From NCBI GenBank assembly GCA_024402405.1, contig JAKSTW010000001.1, positions 3,734-67,733 on the forward strand: a stretch of DNA of 64,000 nucleotides. Direction: 5' to 3'. This DNA is from Spirochaetia bacterium. Its GTDB lineage: Bacteria > Spirochaetota > Spirochaetia > CADAEX01. Positions within the stretch are counted from its first letter, which is position 1. Each line of letters starts with the position of its first letter. The translations under genes were made by a program, and so were the position numbers. The notes below the pieces were generated by a model. The model was not told the DNA's origin. It was given only the letters and a program-made list of their open reading frames with translations, and made no database searches. Shown here piece by piece: positions 8,069-17,782 of this stretch.

Positions 8069-9649
8069 TTACTTTTCAGAATATTCATCCATAAGCCGGT
8101 CAATAAAAGACTTATAGGCATCGAATATCTGATGATTTTTTTCATCTTCAATAAATGCCACAGAAGCATTTCCCTTGTCATGACAGCCATCCATTTTCAG
8201 ATTGCATGAACCGCATATCGTCACATATTTCTGTCTGCCGTTCAACTTGTATGACATAAGCATTTCCTTGCAATGAGTCCTCAGTTTGTGATCCACTTTA
8301 TAATACAGGGCATTTCCATCAGAGATCATTTTCAGACCGGACAGGAATCCTGCATCGCTTCCGAATCTGTGCTTTGCATTGGTGCTGGTCTCAACGATCC
8401 ACTTCATTGTCAGAGGACTTTCAGCATCAGGTCTCAGAGTGCCTGCTGTAATTGCAGCCTGATCAGCAGCCTGTGCCTCAAGATCGTAATGGTCATCAGT
8501 ATCAGGCAGACCGTTTCCATTAGGATATGCCGGTGTATATGATGGACCAAAATAAAGTTTCTTCAGAGTCTTGAAAACTTTCCAGCCCATAAGATCATTC
8601 CCGGCTGTCTTATAGTGATACATATTGGCATAAAACATCCTAGGCCCGACATCAGAAGCCGCCATCTCATCAAGATATTTTGCAAACATATTATTATCAG
8701 TATCCCATGCAGTCTCTTTATTTCCATCTGCATAAGTCTGGTTATAATAAAAAGAATCATATTCCTCGACCGACTGCACCGGGCTGAACTGAGTCCGTAT
8801 ATACTTACCGGAATAATCAAGCCCTTCCTTATGAGCCGCCCTTACATCTTCCTGGAATTTAGCCTGATTCTCATTGTTTGCAAAAATAATGGCATGATAT
8901 TTATTGAACGCCTCATAAAGTCCCGCGTTGCCAGTCAGCAGCATACCATCCTGATTTCTGTCCTGAGCCGGTTTGAACGCATCATTCTCCAGACCGTCAA
9001 TATTGCTGGAAGCCACATAAACCACATTGGAGACTGTCTTTCCGGCATCATTCTTAATTTTATTCACCGTCAGAAATTTACAGTGCATCTGCTGTTCGGA
9101 CTTACTTCCCCAGGTGATATAGCGATAATTCAGATAATCACTGACCTTACCGATTCCATCATTGCACAATTCATCTTTATGAGTATTGATCTCAGCGGAA
9201 ACATCGGAGTGAGCGACAAAATTCACAGTAATATTATTCTTTGCCAGCCGTACCAGGGATTCCACGATATTCTCTGTCCGTCCCTCCACCGGGGTTGAGG
9301 TAATCTCACCATATTTCTCATCGTTCTGATCAAAATAAAACAATGTGGTCAGCGAAAGATTATACATGGCAAAATTCAGCACCACATCTTTCTGCGGTGC
9401 AGACTGCTTATAATTTATAGCCTGGTTGATGACATCCACATATTTAAAAAGTGGCTGACATGGATATTCCTTCACTTCTCTCTGGTAAACTTTTACAGTT
9501 GTCCTATCAGGAAAAGTCTTGCATGTCACTGCCGGAATTCTATCCTGAACAGCACCATTGTCAGACTTTTCGCTTCCAGATGAAGCACAACCGCACAACA
9601 ATATACTGCCTATAAGCATAACAAGCAGTAACGATCCGAACTTTTTCAT
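8069..9649 (-). CDS. Lipoprotein with two phospholipase D-like (HKD-type) domains
   Basis: MKK signal with lipobox LLCG-C; MHCKFLTVN...ASSN and THCKEMLMS...GSCN; start ATG 9649 after GGAGG. Confidence 0.7.
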   Translation of the reverse strand: MKKFGSLLLVMLIGSILLCGCASSGSEKSDNGAVQDRIPAVTCKTFPDRTTVKVYQREVKEYPCQPLFKYVDVINQAINYKQSAPQKDVVLNFAMYNLSLTTLFYFDQNDEKYGEITSTPVEGRTENIVESLVRLAKNNITVNFVAHSDVSAEINTHKDELCNDGIGKVSDYLNYRYITWGSKSEQQMHCKFLTVNKIKNDAGKTVSNVVYVASSNIDGLENDAFKPAQDRNQDGMLLTGNAGLYEAFNKYHAIIFANNENQAKFQEDVRAAHKEGLDYSGKYIRTQFSPVQSVEEYDSFYYNQTYADGNKETAWDTDNNMFAKYLDEMAASDVGPRMFYANMYHYKTAGNDLMGWKVFKTLKKLYFGPSYTPAYPNGNGLPDTDDHYDLEAQAADQAAITAGTLRPDAESPLTMKWIVETSTNAKHRFGSDAGFLSGLKMISDGNALYYKVDHKLRTHCKEMLMSYKLNGRQKYVTICGSCNLKMDGCHDKGNASVAFIEDEKNHQIFDAYKSFIDRLMDEYSEK

Positions 9650-9740
9650 ATTTTCCTCCATAAATATCCAAATCTGATAAAATTGTGGATTGCATATTTT
9701 CAGCAAACAAGTCAGGAAAAATACTTAATTTAACGGTATT

Positions 9741-10949
9741 TTATGCGTTTTTCCTTTCCAGACGGGCCAGAATAAATATGGAGAACATGATCAGAGGGAC
9801 CATCACCAGTGCGATTCCTGTAAAATCATTGGTGACAGCATAAATGGCATACCCCAGGAACGGACCGGCAGCACTGCCGGCATCCTGAAATGTGGAGAAA
9901 CGGTTCATGAACAGTGCCTGCTCCCCAGGAAGTGAGCTTTTTCCGGCATAGGCTGTACGAAGCACCTGAGTGGCTGACTCAGTCACCAGGTCCAGCACCA
10001 GCAGACCAAGAACGATATACCAGAGTCTGAAAACAGCAAACAGAATGATGATCGCAGCCTGTCCGGTCATTGATATGATCAGAGGTCTGCGGCATCCGAA
10101 CTTATCTCCGAAATAACCGAATATAGGGGCAGCCATCATGATCACAGGTGTCAGCATGGCAAAAAAACCTGCGAAAGTGGCAGCTCCGATGTTCAGCCCG
10201 GAACCTGGCAGTATGACATCAACTATCAGACGCCCTCTGAGTGATGTGGTCATCGTCGATGCAGTGGCAGTGACAAAAGTGACCAGCCCGACGATCAGCA
10301 GCATTCCGATATTTGAAATATGCATTCTGGACTTGGATTTTTTCTTATCATCCACCACTGCCGGTTCAGCCACAGCAGTATCTCTCCACATCTGCTCCTG
10401 ATTTCTGATGAAGAAAAGGCTGCCGAAAATCAGTGCTGCGAAAATCACCGGGACTGCCAGCGGATTCAGCATATCAGCCAGGAATCCTGACAGAATCATC
10501 ATCACCCTGTAAATACCTGATTTTATTGTGGCAAACCAGCCCATCAGCCGTCCCACATTCTCATCAGAAGAAACCCTGAGAGTAGCGATATAAGCCTCGA
10601 TGCGCAGCAGTGAAAAACAGGCGCCCCAGAGGATGCGCAGTGCAAGCAGCCACCAGAATCCCAATGGAATGGCATATCCCAGAGTGACGAATGCGGCCAT
10701 CCAGACACCTGCAACCAGTGGTTTATATGACTCTGTTCCTGCCACAATAAAATTGGAAAGTTCGTTGGTAATAAGGCGGATAAAACGGTTTACTGACAGC
10801 AATATTCCGATCTGGAATACAGTTATCCTGAAATTTTCAGGAGTGACGGGAAGAATGCAGTACATCATCGCATCGCCGGACATTGCCAGTCCAACTATTA
10901 TAGAAATAAGTATGAATGTCTTGGTATCTCTGCTTACCTTCTTCATCAT
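9741..10949 (-). CDS. MFS transporter (paralog 1)
   Basis: About 12 TM segments, GILLSVNRFIR, GYFGDKFG, TFQDAGSAAGP. Confidence 0.9.
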   Translation of the reverse strand: MMKKVSRDTKTFILISIIVGLAMSGDAMMYCILPVTPENFRITVFQIGILLSVNRFIRLITNELSNFIVAGTESYKPLVAGVWMAAFVTLGYAIPLGFWWLLALRILWGACFSLLRIEAYIATLRVSSDENVGRLMGWFATIKSGIYRVMMILSGFLADMLNPLAVPVIFAALIFGSLFFIRNQEQMWRDTAVAEPAVVDDKKKSKSRMHISNIGMLLIVGLVTFVTATASTMTTSLRGRLIVDVILPGSGLNIGAATFAGFFAMLTPVIMMAAPIFGYFGDKFGCRRPLIISMTGQAAIIILFAVFRLWYIVLGLLVLDLVTESATQVLRTAYAGKSSLPGEQALFMNRFSTFQDAGSAAGPFLGYAIYAVTNDFTGIALVMVPLIMFSIFILARLERKNA

Positions 10950-10958
10950 CCGATTCCA

Positions 10959-10987
10959 ATTATACCTGAAAACCATCCACACATAAA
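10959..10987 (-). promoter_or_regulatory. Promoter TTTATG-17-TATAAT of MFS paralog 1
   Basis: Same layout conserved upstream of MFS paralog 2. Confidence 0.65.
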
Positions 10988-11031
10988 GTAAGTAAAATCA
11001 CTTATTATAAAAATAATAATGCGTTACAATG

Positions 11032-11055
11032 AAAAAGCCCCGGCAGAACCGGGGC
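11032..11055 (-). terminator. Intrinsic terminator (GCCCCGG-5-CCGGGGC + T tract)
   Basis: Hairpin just after the activase stop codon. Confidence 0.75.
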
Positions 11056-11061
11056 CTTGAT

Positions 11062-14000
11062 TTATTTACTTTCTTCTTCGTAATCTATCAGATCAGCAGC
11101 ACCAGGATTATCCTTATACCGCTTGACGTTCAGCATGAAAATATTCAGCTTGTTGATGATATTCGGAGGCAACTGGTTTCCGTCGATCTCAATTGAAATA
11201 GCCGGGAACTTGTTCTGTCTTGCATATGGGATATAGAGTCCCTCAATGACACGGCCGATAAGACATGCAAACGGAGAAATATTTATGACTCCGCAATATC
11301 CCTCTTCCATGGCTGTAGCAGCCGCACCGCTGGAAATAGTGATCTCAGAGTTAAGCTCGAAGCTTACAAACTTCTGTGCATTAGCCATTATCTTGTCCAT
11401 ATCGTGCGGTGAATGAGGAATAAGTCCGCATGGAGAGAGAGCCTCTTTGATCTTAGCCTCAGAAACTTCTTTCCACTTCTTGGCAGCTTTCAGTATCAGC
11501 AGTTTTTTTGTGTTCTCACTGAACAGCTTCTTGTACCATGGGAATACTGTCCTCTCACGTTTCAGATAATATTCCTGTACAAAGTCAGTATAGTGGATCC
11601 ACTCGCCGATACCGGAAACCTTGGCGATGATTCCATTGTTTGCACATTTGCCGATGATCTCATCATCAGCATAGTCATCACGGCGGACATAGATCTCGCC
11701 AACCACCAGAACTTTAGGAACCTTATTAGGATCTTTCTTCAGAGGAATCTTCTTCACTCTTTCTGCAAAAGTCCTGAGGGCCGGAAGAATATTCTTCTGA
11801 TCCTTCTGAGACTCAGCCAGAACATATTTGACTCCTTCCTGAACCTCATTGAGAGCATACTGCTGGTCTGCGGCACAGGTACGGAGCACAGTCTGTATAT
11901 CTTTCAGATAGTCAGCTGCACAAAGAGCCTGCCACATGATCTTGGAGAAATCACCGCCAAGCTCAGAATATGAGTGGTCTGCACTGAGTGTGAATACCAC
12001 AACATTCTCCAGATGCAGATCTCTGAACAGGTTCTGATAATAAACGAAATACTGTCCGGTCCTGCAAGGTCCTGTTGTGATAGGAACGAAGATCATATAG
12101 ATCTTGCTCTTGTCATATTTCTCTGATGCAAAATACTCCAGCATGGAACCCAGCAGCAGCAGTGAAGGAACACATTCCTTTCCTGATGCATGGTTTCTTG
12201 CGAATCTCAATGTCCTAGGAGTTGGGATCGGAACTGCCTCAGCCTGGAATCCCAGGGAATTGGCAGTGGAAGCCATGAACCGGGCAGAAATATCACCCAT
12301 GTTGCTCAGCAGGATCTTGACACGCTTGTTGTTGCGGATCGGAATATCTTCCCCTGTGTGCTCATTTCTCAGATGAGGCTCATTCTGACCGTCATTCACG
12401 AAACGGAGACCATTGTCATAGCGCTCCTCATCTTTGCCGCTGTATTTCAGTCTGTATCCCTCGATGATATCCAGGAATGCCTCAACTCTGGTATCCACAC
12501 CTGCATCAGCGGAGTGAGAGTCCAGCTCAAGGATCAGGAATGGTTTGGTTCCCATTATCCATTTCAGATAGTGGAGCATGAAAGAGTCAGGCGCACATGA
12601 GAAGTTGCTGACCCATGTAACAAACACATTAGGATTGTCCTTCAGGTTGAATGCCTGGTGCATATCCTTCTGGCCGTAATACCAGTACATATTAGGGAAT
12701 ATCTTTTTGTCACCGATAGGAAGAATATCAAAAGGAATAACAGTATTTCCTCTTGATGTGAATTTCCTAGGGATTCCGATATTGGCCTCTTTTGCCAGTG
12801 CGTTGTATGGACGTCCAAGAAGTGCGATGACCGGCTGTTTCTGAGTCTTGGCATATTCCAGGGCCTCAGCGCCAAGAGCAAAAGCTTTCTCCTGATATTC
12901 ATTCTGCTTTGCAAGCGCCTTGTCAAAAGCTTTTCCTGACTCATCATCGGTATAGCCCAGCTTTTTGCCCAGTTCCAGGAAGAATTCCTTAGCTTTTTCC
13001 AGTGTTGTTCTGAAGCTGACTACAGGAGAGAGGATCTTCTCTTCCGGAATCTCCGGGAAAGCCTTTCTGATGTAGTATGGAAGACTCTGTGTTATAGGAC
13101 AGAAGTTGGCATGTATATCTGTCTCATGGCTTGGCATATCCCTGAAATGAGGCAGGAATATGTAATCTGTCTTCTTGTCCAGAATATCCTGTACTGCTCC
13201 GTGAGCGATCTCTGATGGGAAACAGTATGTGGACTCTGTTCTGGCAATTCCTGCATGAGGCACTTTGTCAGAAAGAACAGTCCTGATACCCAGCTCATGG
13301 AAGAACCATGAATAGAACGGATAAAGTGTATATACGGAGAATGCCTTAGGAATACCAACCGTATAGTCACGGCGTTTTATGAAATCCTCTTCCTTCGGAG
13401 CACAGATGTTGAACATCAGGTCATTTCTCTCATCCACAAAGTTTCTGATGGCATTCTCATCAAAATTTTTCTTCTTTCTGGAATTGGTGTATTTTGAGCA
13501 CCGTCCTCCGAACATATACTTGTTGCCATTTACATTTAGAACACGGATAGGACACTGGTTCTCGCATGACTTACAGTTGAACTCGCGCTCGTAAACGATC
13601 TCAGAATTGATGATCTTGTCAATGTCGAAAGATCCCTTGGAGATGATTCCATCCTGGAATTTCTCCTTGGCAAGCAATCCGACGCCGAAACATCCCATCA
13701 GCTCAGGATCAGGCGGCACCATGATCTCTTTGCCCAGAAGCAGCGAGAAAGCCAATGGAATGGCTTTATTCTTGGCAACACCACCCTGCAGGAAGATCCT
13801 GTTTCCTACAGTTCTGTTGCCAACTACTCTGTTCAGGTAGTTCGATACAATGGAAGTGACGATACCGGCAGTGATATTGGCCTTTGAGGCACCCTGCTGG
13901 ATCGCCTTTCTGATATCAGAGTTGATGAATGCAGAACAGTGCTCACCGAATTTCAGCGGATTGTCTGCCTCCAGTGCTATGTCACCGATCTCCCAGGCAT

Positions 14001-15342
14001 GGCTGATATTCAGATCTCCGGATGCAGATTCCTCCAGGAAAGAACCGGTACCAGCAGAACATGCCTCATTCATGGCATAGTCAATAGGAACCCTGTTCTT
14101 CAGAAGTACATACTTGGCATCCTGACCGCCGATCTCAAAGATCGTATCCACATCATGGGCAAAATATGTTGTTCCTACAGTATGGGCAATGATCTCGTTA
14201 TATACAGCAGGTGTCTCCAGGAAAACTCCCAGGATCTCACGGGATGAACCGGTCGTGGAAGCCAGTGTGATATTGATCTTTCCATCGCCGATATCAGCCT
14301 TGACCTGTTTTCTGATCTCCTCCAGACAGAGCTTGAGAGCCTTCACCGGGTCTCCGTGAGTTCTGCCATAATAAGAGGCAGTGATAACATCAGTCTCCAT
14401 ATCGATAAGGCAGGCCTTTGTTGTTGTGGAACCTCCATCAACACCCAGGATATACTCTCTGCCTGCAACTGTCTTACCGTGTTTTGCAGGGAAGTATGTC
14501 ACCTTGTCCAACTGTGTCTTAAGACTATCCAGATTACCGAAGCTTATCTTGTTGTGTGTGATAAGTTTGTCAGGAGCAGGCAGCTTGCTTCCGTTCTCAG
14601 CAGCCAGATATGCAGCGCCCAATGCCTCAAAATATGAAGCCTCGGCCGGGATGATGAATTCGATATCCGGTGCTTTTTCCTTGATGAAGCGTACAATATG
14701 GCGGTTTCTTGTTATTCCGCCGACAAGAATTACTTTTCCTTTTGTAATTCTTGCCTTTTTCAGAAAGTCTATGACTTTGACAGCCATTACATTGCTGAGT
14801 GAAAGAACGATATCGTCTTTGGTTGCTTCACCCTTGTTAAGACGGTGAGTACAGTCGCTCTTCATGAATACTGAACATCTTGTGGAAAGCTCCAGTATTC
14901 TTGCTGTCTCAGGAACTGAGTTGACATCTTCCAGCTTCATGTTCATTCTTGCCAGCTGCTGTTTGAAAAACTCTCCTGTTCCAGATGCGCATTTGCTTCC
15001 CGAAAAATTATTAATTATTCTGCCTTCCCCATTGAGTGCATACACCACAAGGTCTTCGCCACCCATGGAAACAATGGCATCCGCCTTTAGAGACAGCCTT
15101 TTCAGTGCCTCTTCAATACAGATCGGCTCCACTGTCTTGTTCACAGCAAAGAGGAAGCGTCCCTCTGTTCCTGTGGCCAGGGCTTTGACCCCACTCTCAA
15201 TTTTGTGGGAGGATAATATCTTATCCGCAGCTTCATGGAAGTTACCTTCATGGGGTATACTTTCTGCCCATAAAAGCTTGCCATCTTCAACACAAGCCAC
15301 TTTCAGGCTTGAAGATCCGATATTAATTCCAACGCTTTGCAT
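11062..15342 (-). CDS. Multidomain 2-hydroxyacyl-CoA dehydratase activase-related protein (two ASKHA ATPase domains plus DUF2229-like modules)
   Basis: GINIGSSSLK, KCASGTG, GVDGGSTTTK, EIGGQDAK, MNEACSAGTGSF, CKSCENQC, CFPSEIAHG, NFSCAPDSF, GPCRTGQY. Confidence 0.88.
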   Translation of the reverse strand: MQSVGINIGSSSLKVACVEDGKLLWAESIPHEGNFHEAADKILSSHKIESGVKALATGTEGRFLFAVNKTVEPICIEEALKRLSLKADAIVSMGGEDLVVYALNGEGRIINNFSGSKCASGTGEFFKQQLARMNMKLEDVNSVPETARILELSTRCSVFMKSDCTHRLNKGEATKDDIVLSLSNVMAVKVIDFLKKARITKGKVILVGGITRNRHIVRFIKEKAPDIEFIIPAEASYFEALGAAYLAAENGSKLPAPDKLITHNKISFGNLDSLKTQLDKVTYFPAKHGKTVAGREYILGVDGGSTTTKACLIDMETDVITASYYGRTHGDPVKALKLCLEEIRKQVKADIGDGKINITLASTTGSSREILGVFLETPAVYNEIIAHTVGTTYFAHDVDTIFEIGGQDAKYVLLKNRVPIDYAMNEACSAGTGSFLEESASGDLNISHAWEIGDIALEADNPLKFGEHCSAFINSDIRKAIQQGASKANITAGIVTSIVSNYLNRVVGNRTVGNRIFLQGGVAKNKAIPLAFSLLLGKEIMVPPDPELMGCFGVGLLAKEKFQDGIISKGSFDIDKIINSEIVYEREFNCKSCENQCPIRVLNVNGNKYMFGGRCSKYTNSRKKKNFDENAIRNFVDERNDLMFNICAPKEEDFIKRRDYTVGIPKAFSVYTLYPFYSWFFHELGIRTVLSDKVPHAGIARTESTYCFPSEIAHGAVQDILDKKTDYIFLPHFRDMPSHETDIHANFCPITQSLPYYIRKAFPEIPEEKILSPVVSFRTTLEKAKEFFLELGKKLGYTDDESGKAFDKALAKQNEYQEKAFALGAEALEYAKTQKQPVIALLGRPYNALAKEANIGIPRKFTSRGNTVIPFDILPIGDKKIFPNMYWYYGQKDMHQAFNLKDNPNVFVTWVSNFSCAPDSFMLHYLKWIMGTKPFLILELDSHSADAGVDTRVEAFLDIIEGYRLKYSGKDEERYDNGLRFVNDGQNEPHLRNEHTGEDIPIRNNKRVKILLSNMGDISARFMASTANSLGFQAEAVPIPTPRTLRFARNHASGKECVPSLLLLGSMLEYFASEKYDKSKIYMIFVPITTGPCRTGQYFVYYQNLFRDLHLENVVVFTLSADHSYSELGGDFSKIMWQALCAADYLKDIQTVLRTCAADQQYALNEVQEGVKYVLAESQKDQKNILPALRTFAERVKKIPLKKDPNKVPKVLVVGEIYVRRDDYADDEIIGKCANNGIIAKVSGIGEWIHYTDFVQEYYLKRERTVFPWYKKLFSENTKKLLILKAAKKWKEVSEAKIKEALSPCGLIPHSPHDMDKIMANAQKFVSFELNSEITISSGAAATAMEEGYCGVINISPFACLIGRVIEGLYIPYARQNKFPAISIEIDGNQLPPNIINKLNIFMLNVKRYKDNPGAADLIDYEEESK

Positions 15343-15466
15343 AGAAATACTCCTTTTCCTCATGTAAATAGGGGATTTACATAATATATATGAAAATACT
15401 TATATTATTCTTTTTAATCAAGAGAAATTTTGTTTTCGTACTATTTAAAATAATTTAAAAATTTAA

Positions 15467-16981
15467 TTACCTCAGAAAAACATTGGAGGCAAACGCAGGA
15501 TCACTGGTAACATGGAATCCCAGCTTGCGGAGCCCTGCCTCATCACCAGGCGACGGAATATGGGTCAGATGTATCTCACATCCCTCCAGCTCACGCAATT
15601 TCTTCAGCGCCACACCTGCACGCTGGTCAGTGGCAGCTGCCAATGCAAAGGCAATAAGTGTCTCCTCCAGATTCAGGCTGACAGAATTACTCTTGAAGAT
15701 CTTCTCCTTGAAATCAGCCAGAGAAGTCAGAATACTTGCCGGCAGCAGATCCACCTCGCTGGGAATACCAGCCAGACGCTTGGCGGCAGACAGCACCACA
15801 CTTGAAGCCGCATGGAGAAGAGGAGAATTATGACCTGTGACGATCGTTCCGTCAGGAAGCTCAATGGCAGCACCGCTGTAAATTCCCTTATTTCCCTTGT
15901 TAAGCAGTCTGGCTCTCTGTGCCGCATCCCGGGCTGGCCGAACAGTGCTCCTGTCCTCCTGGGTAAGCCCCATCTCCTTCATTATAAGCTCAACTCTCTG
16001 CAGTGTCTCTTTGCTGCACAGTCCCATAACATGCTCACCGGAATACCTGAAATAACGTCTTATCACTTCCTGCCCTGCCGCTTTTCTGACAACATCATCA
16101 TCAACAATGGCAAAACCGGCTCTGTTCACGCCCATATCTGTAGGAGATTTATAACAGCACGGAGAATCCGTTATCTTCTCTATTATCCTCTGAAGAAGCG
16201 GGAATGCCTCTATATCTCTGTTATAATTGACAGTCTTGATATCATAAGCCTCCAGATGGAAGTGATCTATCATATTAACATCATTAAGCTCTGCGGTGGC
16301 AGCCTCATAAGCTATATTCACAGGATGTTTCAGCGGAAGATTCCAGATAGGGAAAGTCTCGAACTTGGCATAAGCGGCTCTTATCCCTCTCTTATGGTCA
16401 TGATACATCTGAGAAAGGCAGGTGGCCAGCTTGCCGCTTCCCGGACCAGGTCCGGTCACCACCACAATAGGCTTTTCGGTCTCAATATATGAATTGGCAC
16501 CATAACCGGCCTCACTGACAATAAGATCCACATCTGTAGGATATCCTTTGGTGAAACCATGAGTATAGACTTTCATGCCCATACATTCCAGTGCATTCTT
16601 AAAGACAACAGCTGACGGCTGCTCTGTATATCTTGTGATGACAACAGCCTTGACCTGGATTCCCCAGCGGGCAAAGTCGTCAATGCTCTTCAGAGTATCA
16701 GCATCATAGGTAATTCCGAAATCAGCTCTGACTTTCTTTTTTTCTATATCTATGGCACAGATACACATGATGACATCAACAGTATCCTTCATGTGGGAAA
16801 GAAGACGCATCTTCACATTAGGATCAAAACCAGGCAGCACTCTGGCCGCATGATAGTCATAAAGAATCTTTCCGCCGAATTCCAGATAAAGTTTATCACA
16901 ATCAGAATTTTTTATTCTTTCAAGAATAGTCTCGCTCTGCTGTTTCAGATATAGATCATTGTCAAAGCCTATTTTGTTCAT
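15467..16981 (-). CDS. DUF1846 domain protein
   Basis: KLYLEFGGK, GPGSGKLATCLSQ, AKFETFPIWN, YKSPTDMGVN. Confidence 0.9.
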   Translation of the reverse strand: MNKIGFDNDLYLKQQSETILERIKNSDCDKLYLEFGGKILYDYHAARVLPGFDPNVKMRLLSHMKDTVDVIMCICAIDIEKKKVRADFGITYDADTLKSIDDFARWGIQVKAVVITRYTEQPSAVVFKNALECMGMKVYTHGFTKGYPTDVDLIVSEAGYGANSYIETEKPIVVVTGPGPGSGKLATCLSQMYHDHKRGIRAAYAKFETFPIWNLPLKHPVNIAYEAATAELNDVNMIDHFHLEAYDIKTVNYNRDIEAFPLLQRIIEKITDSPCCYKSPTDMGVNRAGFAIVDDDVVRKAAGQEVIRRYFRYSGEHVMGLCSKETLQRVELIMKEMGLTQEDRSTVRPARDAAQRARLLNKGNKGIYSGAAIELPDGTIVTGHNSPLLHAASSVVLSAAKRLAGIPSEVDLLPASILTSLADFKEKIFKSNSVSLNLEETLIAFALAAATDQRAGVALKKLRELEGCEIHLTHIPSPGDEAGLRKLGFHVTSDPAFASNVFLR

Positions 16982-17005
16982 ACTCCCCTCTAAGCACATT
17001 GGTGA

Positions 17006-17692
17006 TTATATGAAGAACTGAAAAAAAGTTTCAAGATTGTTTTTGATAATTGTTTCAAGGACACCCGCAGAAGTGCCCTTTTCACCAGCTGCCATCGTAT
17101 ATAAATTTTTCAGCCTGTCACTGACAGACACCATGGAATCTGTCTCAAGAAAGAGCCTGTCTACCGGAATCTTTCTGAAGATCTCCGCACTTTTGCTCCC
17201 GGCATCAAGTGCTTCCAGCTGAAAAGAGAACCATGTGTTGCGTCTCAGCAGAGATCTGGCAGTCTCCCAGGAGCCAGAATAATAATGCATCAGAATCGGT
17301 ATATCGGGATTCACATCCTGCAATATCTCATTCAATATCCCCCAGGCTCTGACACAGTGAACCGATACAGGCAGTCCGAATCTTTCAGCCAGTTCCAGAT
17401 GTTTTCTGAAAAACTCCACCTGGGAATCCTCCGGCGGATTACGCCCGGCACGGTCAATTCCAGTTTCGCCCAGGCCAAACCTTCCATTCTTTTTATCCAT
17501 GGATGATATAAATCTCTCAAGTTCGGAAACATCATATTTTTTATTATCTGCATACCATGGATGAATGCCATAAAATGGGATGATATTGTTCTGCAGGGGA
17601 ATCTTAGCCCAGTCATCAGGTGTCACAGAGTTATACAGCACCAGAATATCATCGTCAGAAGCAGGAAAATAATGACAGTGGGCATCCAGCAT
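17006..17692 (-). CDS. TatD family hydrolase
   Basis: DAHCH, GIHPW, GETGID, VHCVRA, LETD. Confidence 0.9.
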   Translation of the reverse strand: MLDAHCHYFPASDDDILVLYNSVTPDDWAKIPLQNNIIPFYGIHPWYADNKKYDVSELERFISSMDKKNGRFGLGETGIDRAGRNPPEDSQVEFFRKHLELAERFGLPVSVHCVRAWGILNEILQDVNPDIPILMHYYSGSWETARSLLRRNTWFSFQLEALDAGSKSAEIFRKIPVDRLFLETDSMVSVSDRLKNLYTMAAGEKGTSAGVLETIIKNNLETFFQFFI

Positions 17693-17782
17693 GAATAAAT
17701 TTTAAACCCACAGAAACCACCAGTCAATCCTTCTTTTATACAAATTGAAATTATGTTATATTGCCAGAAGAGGATCAACTTT

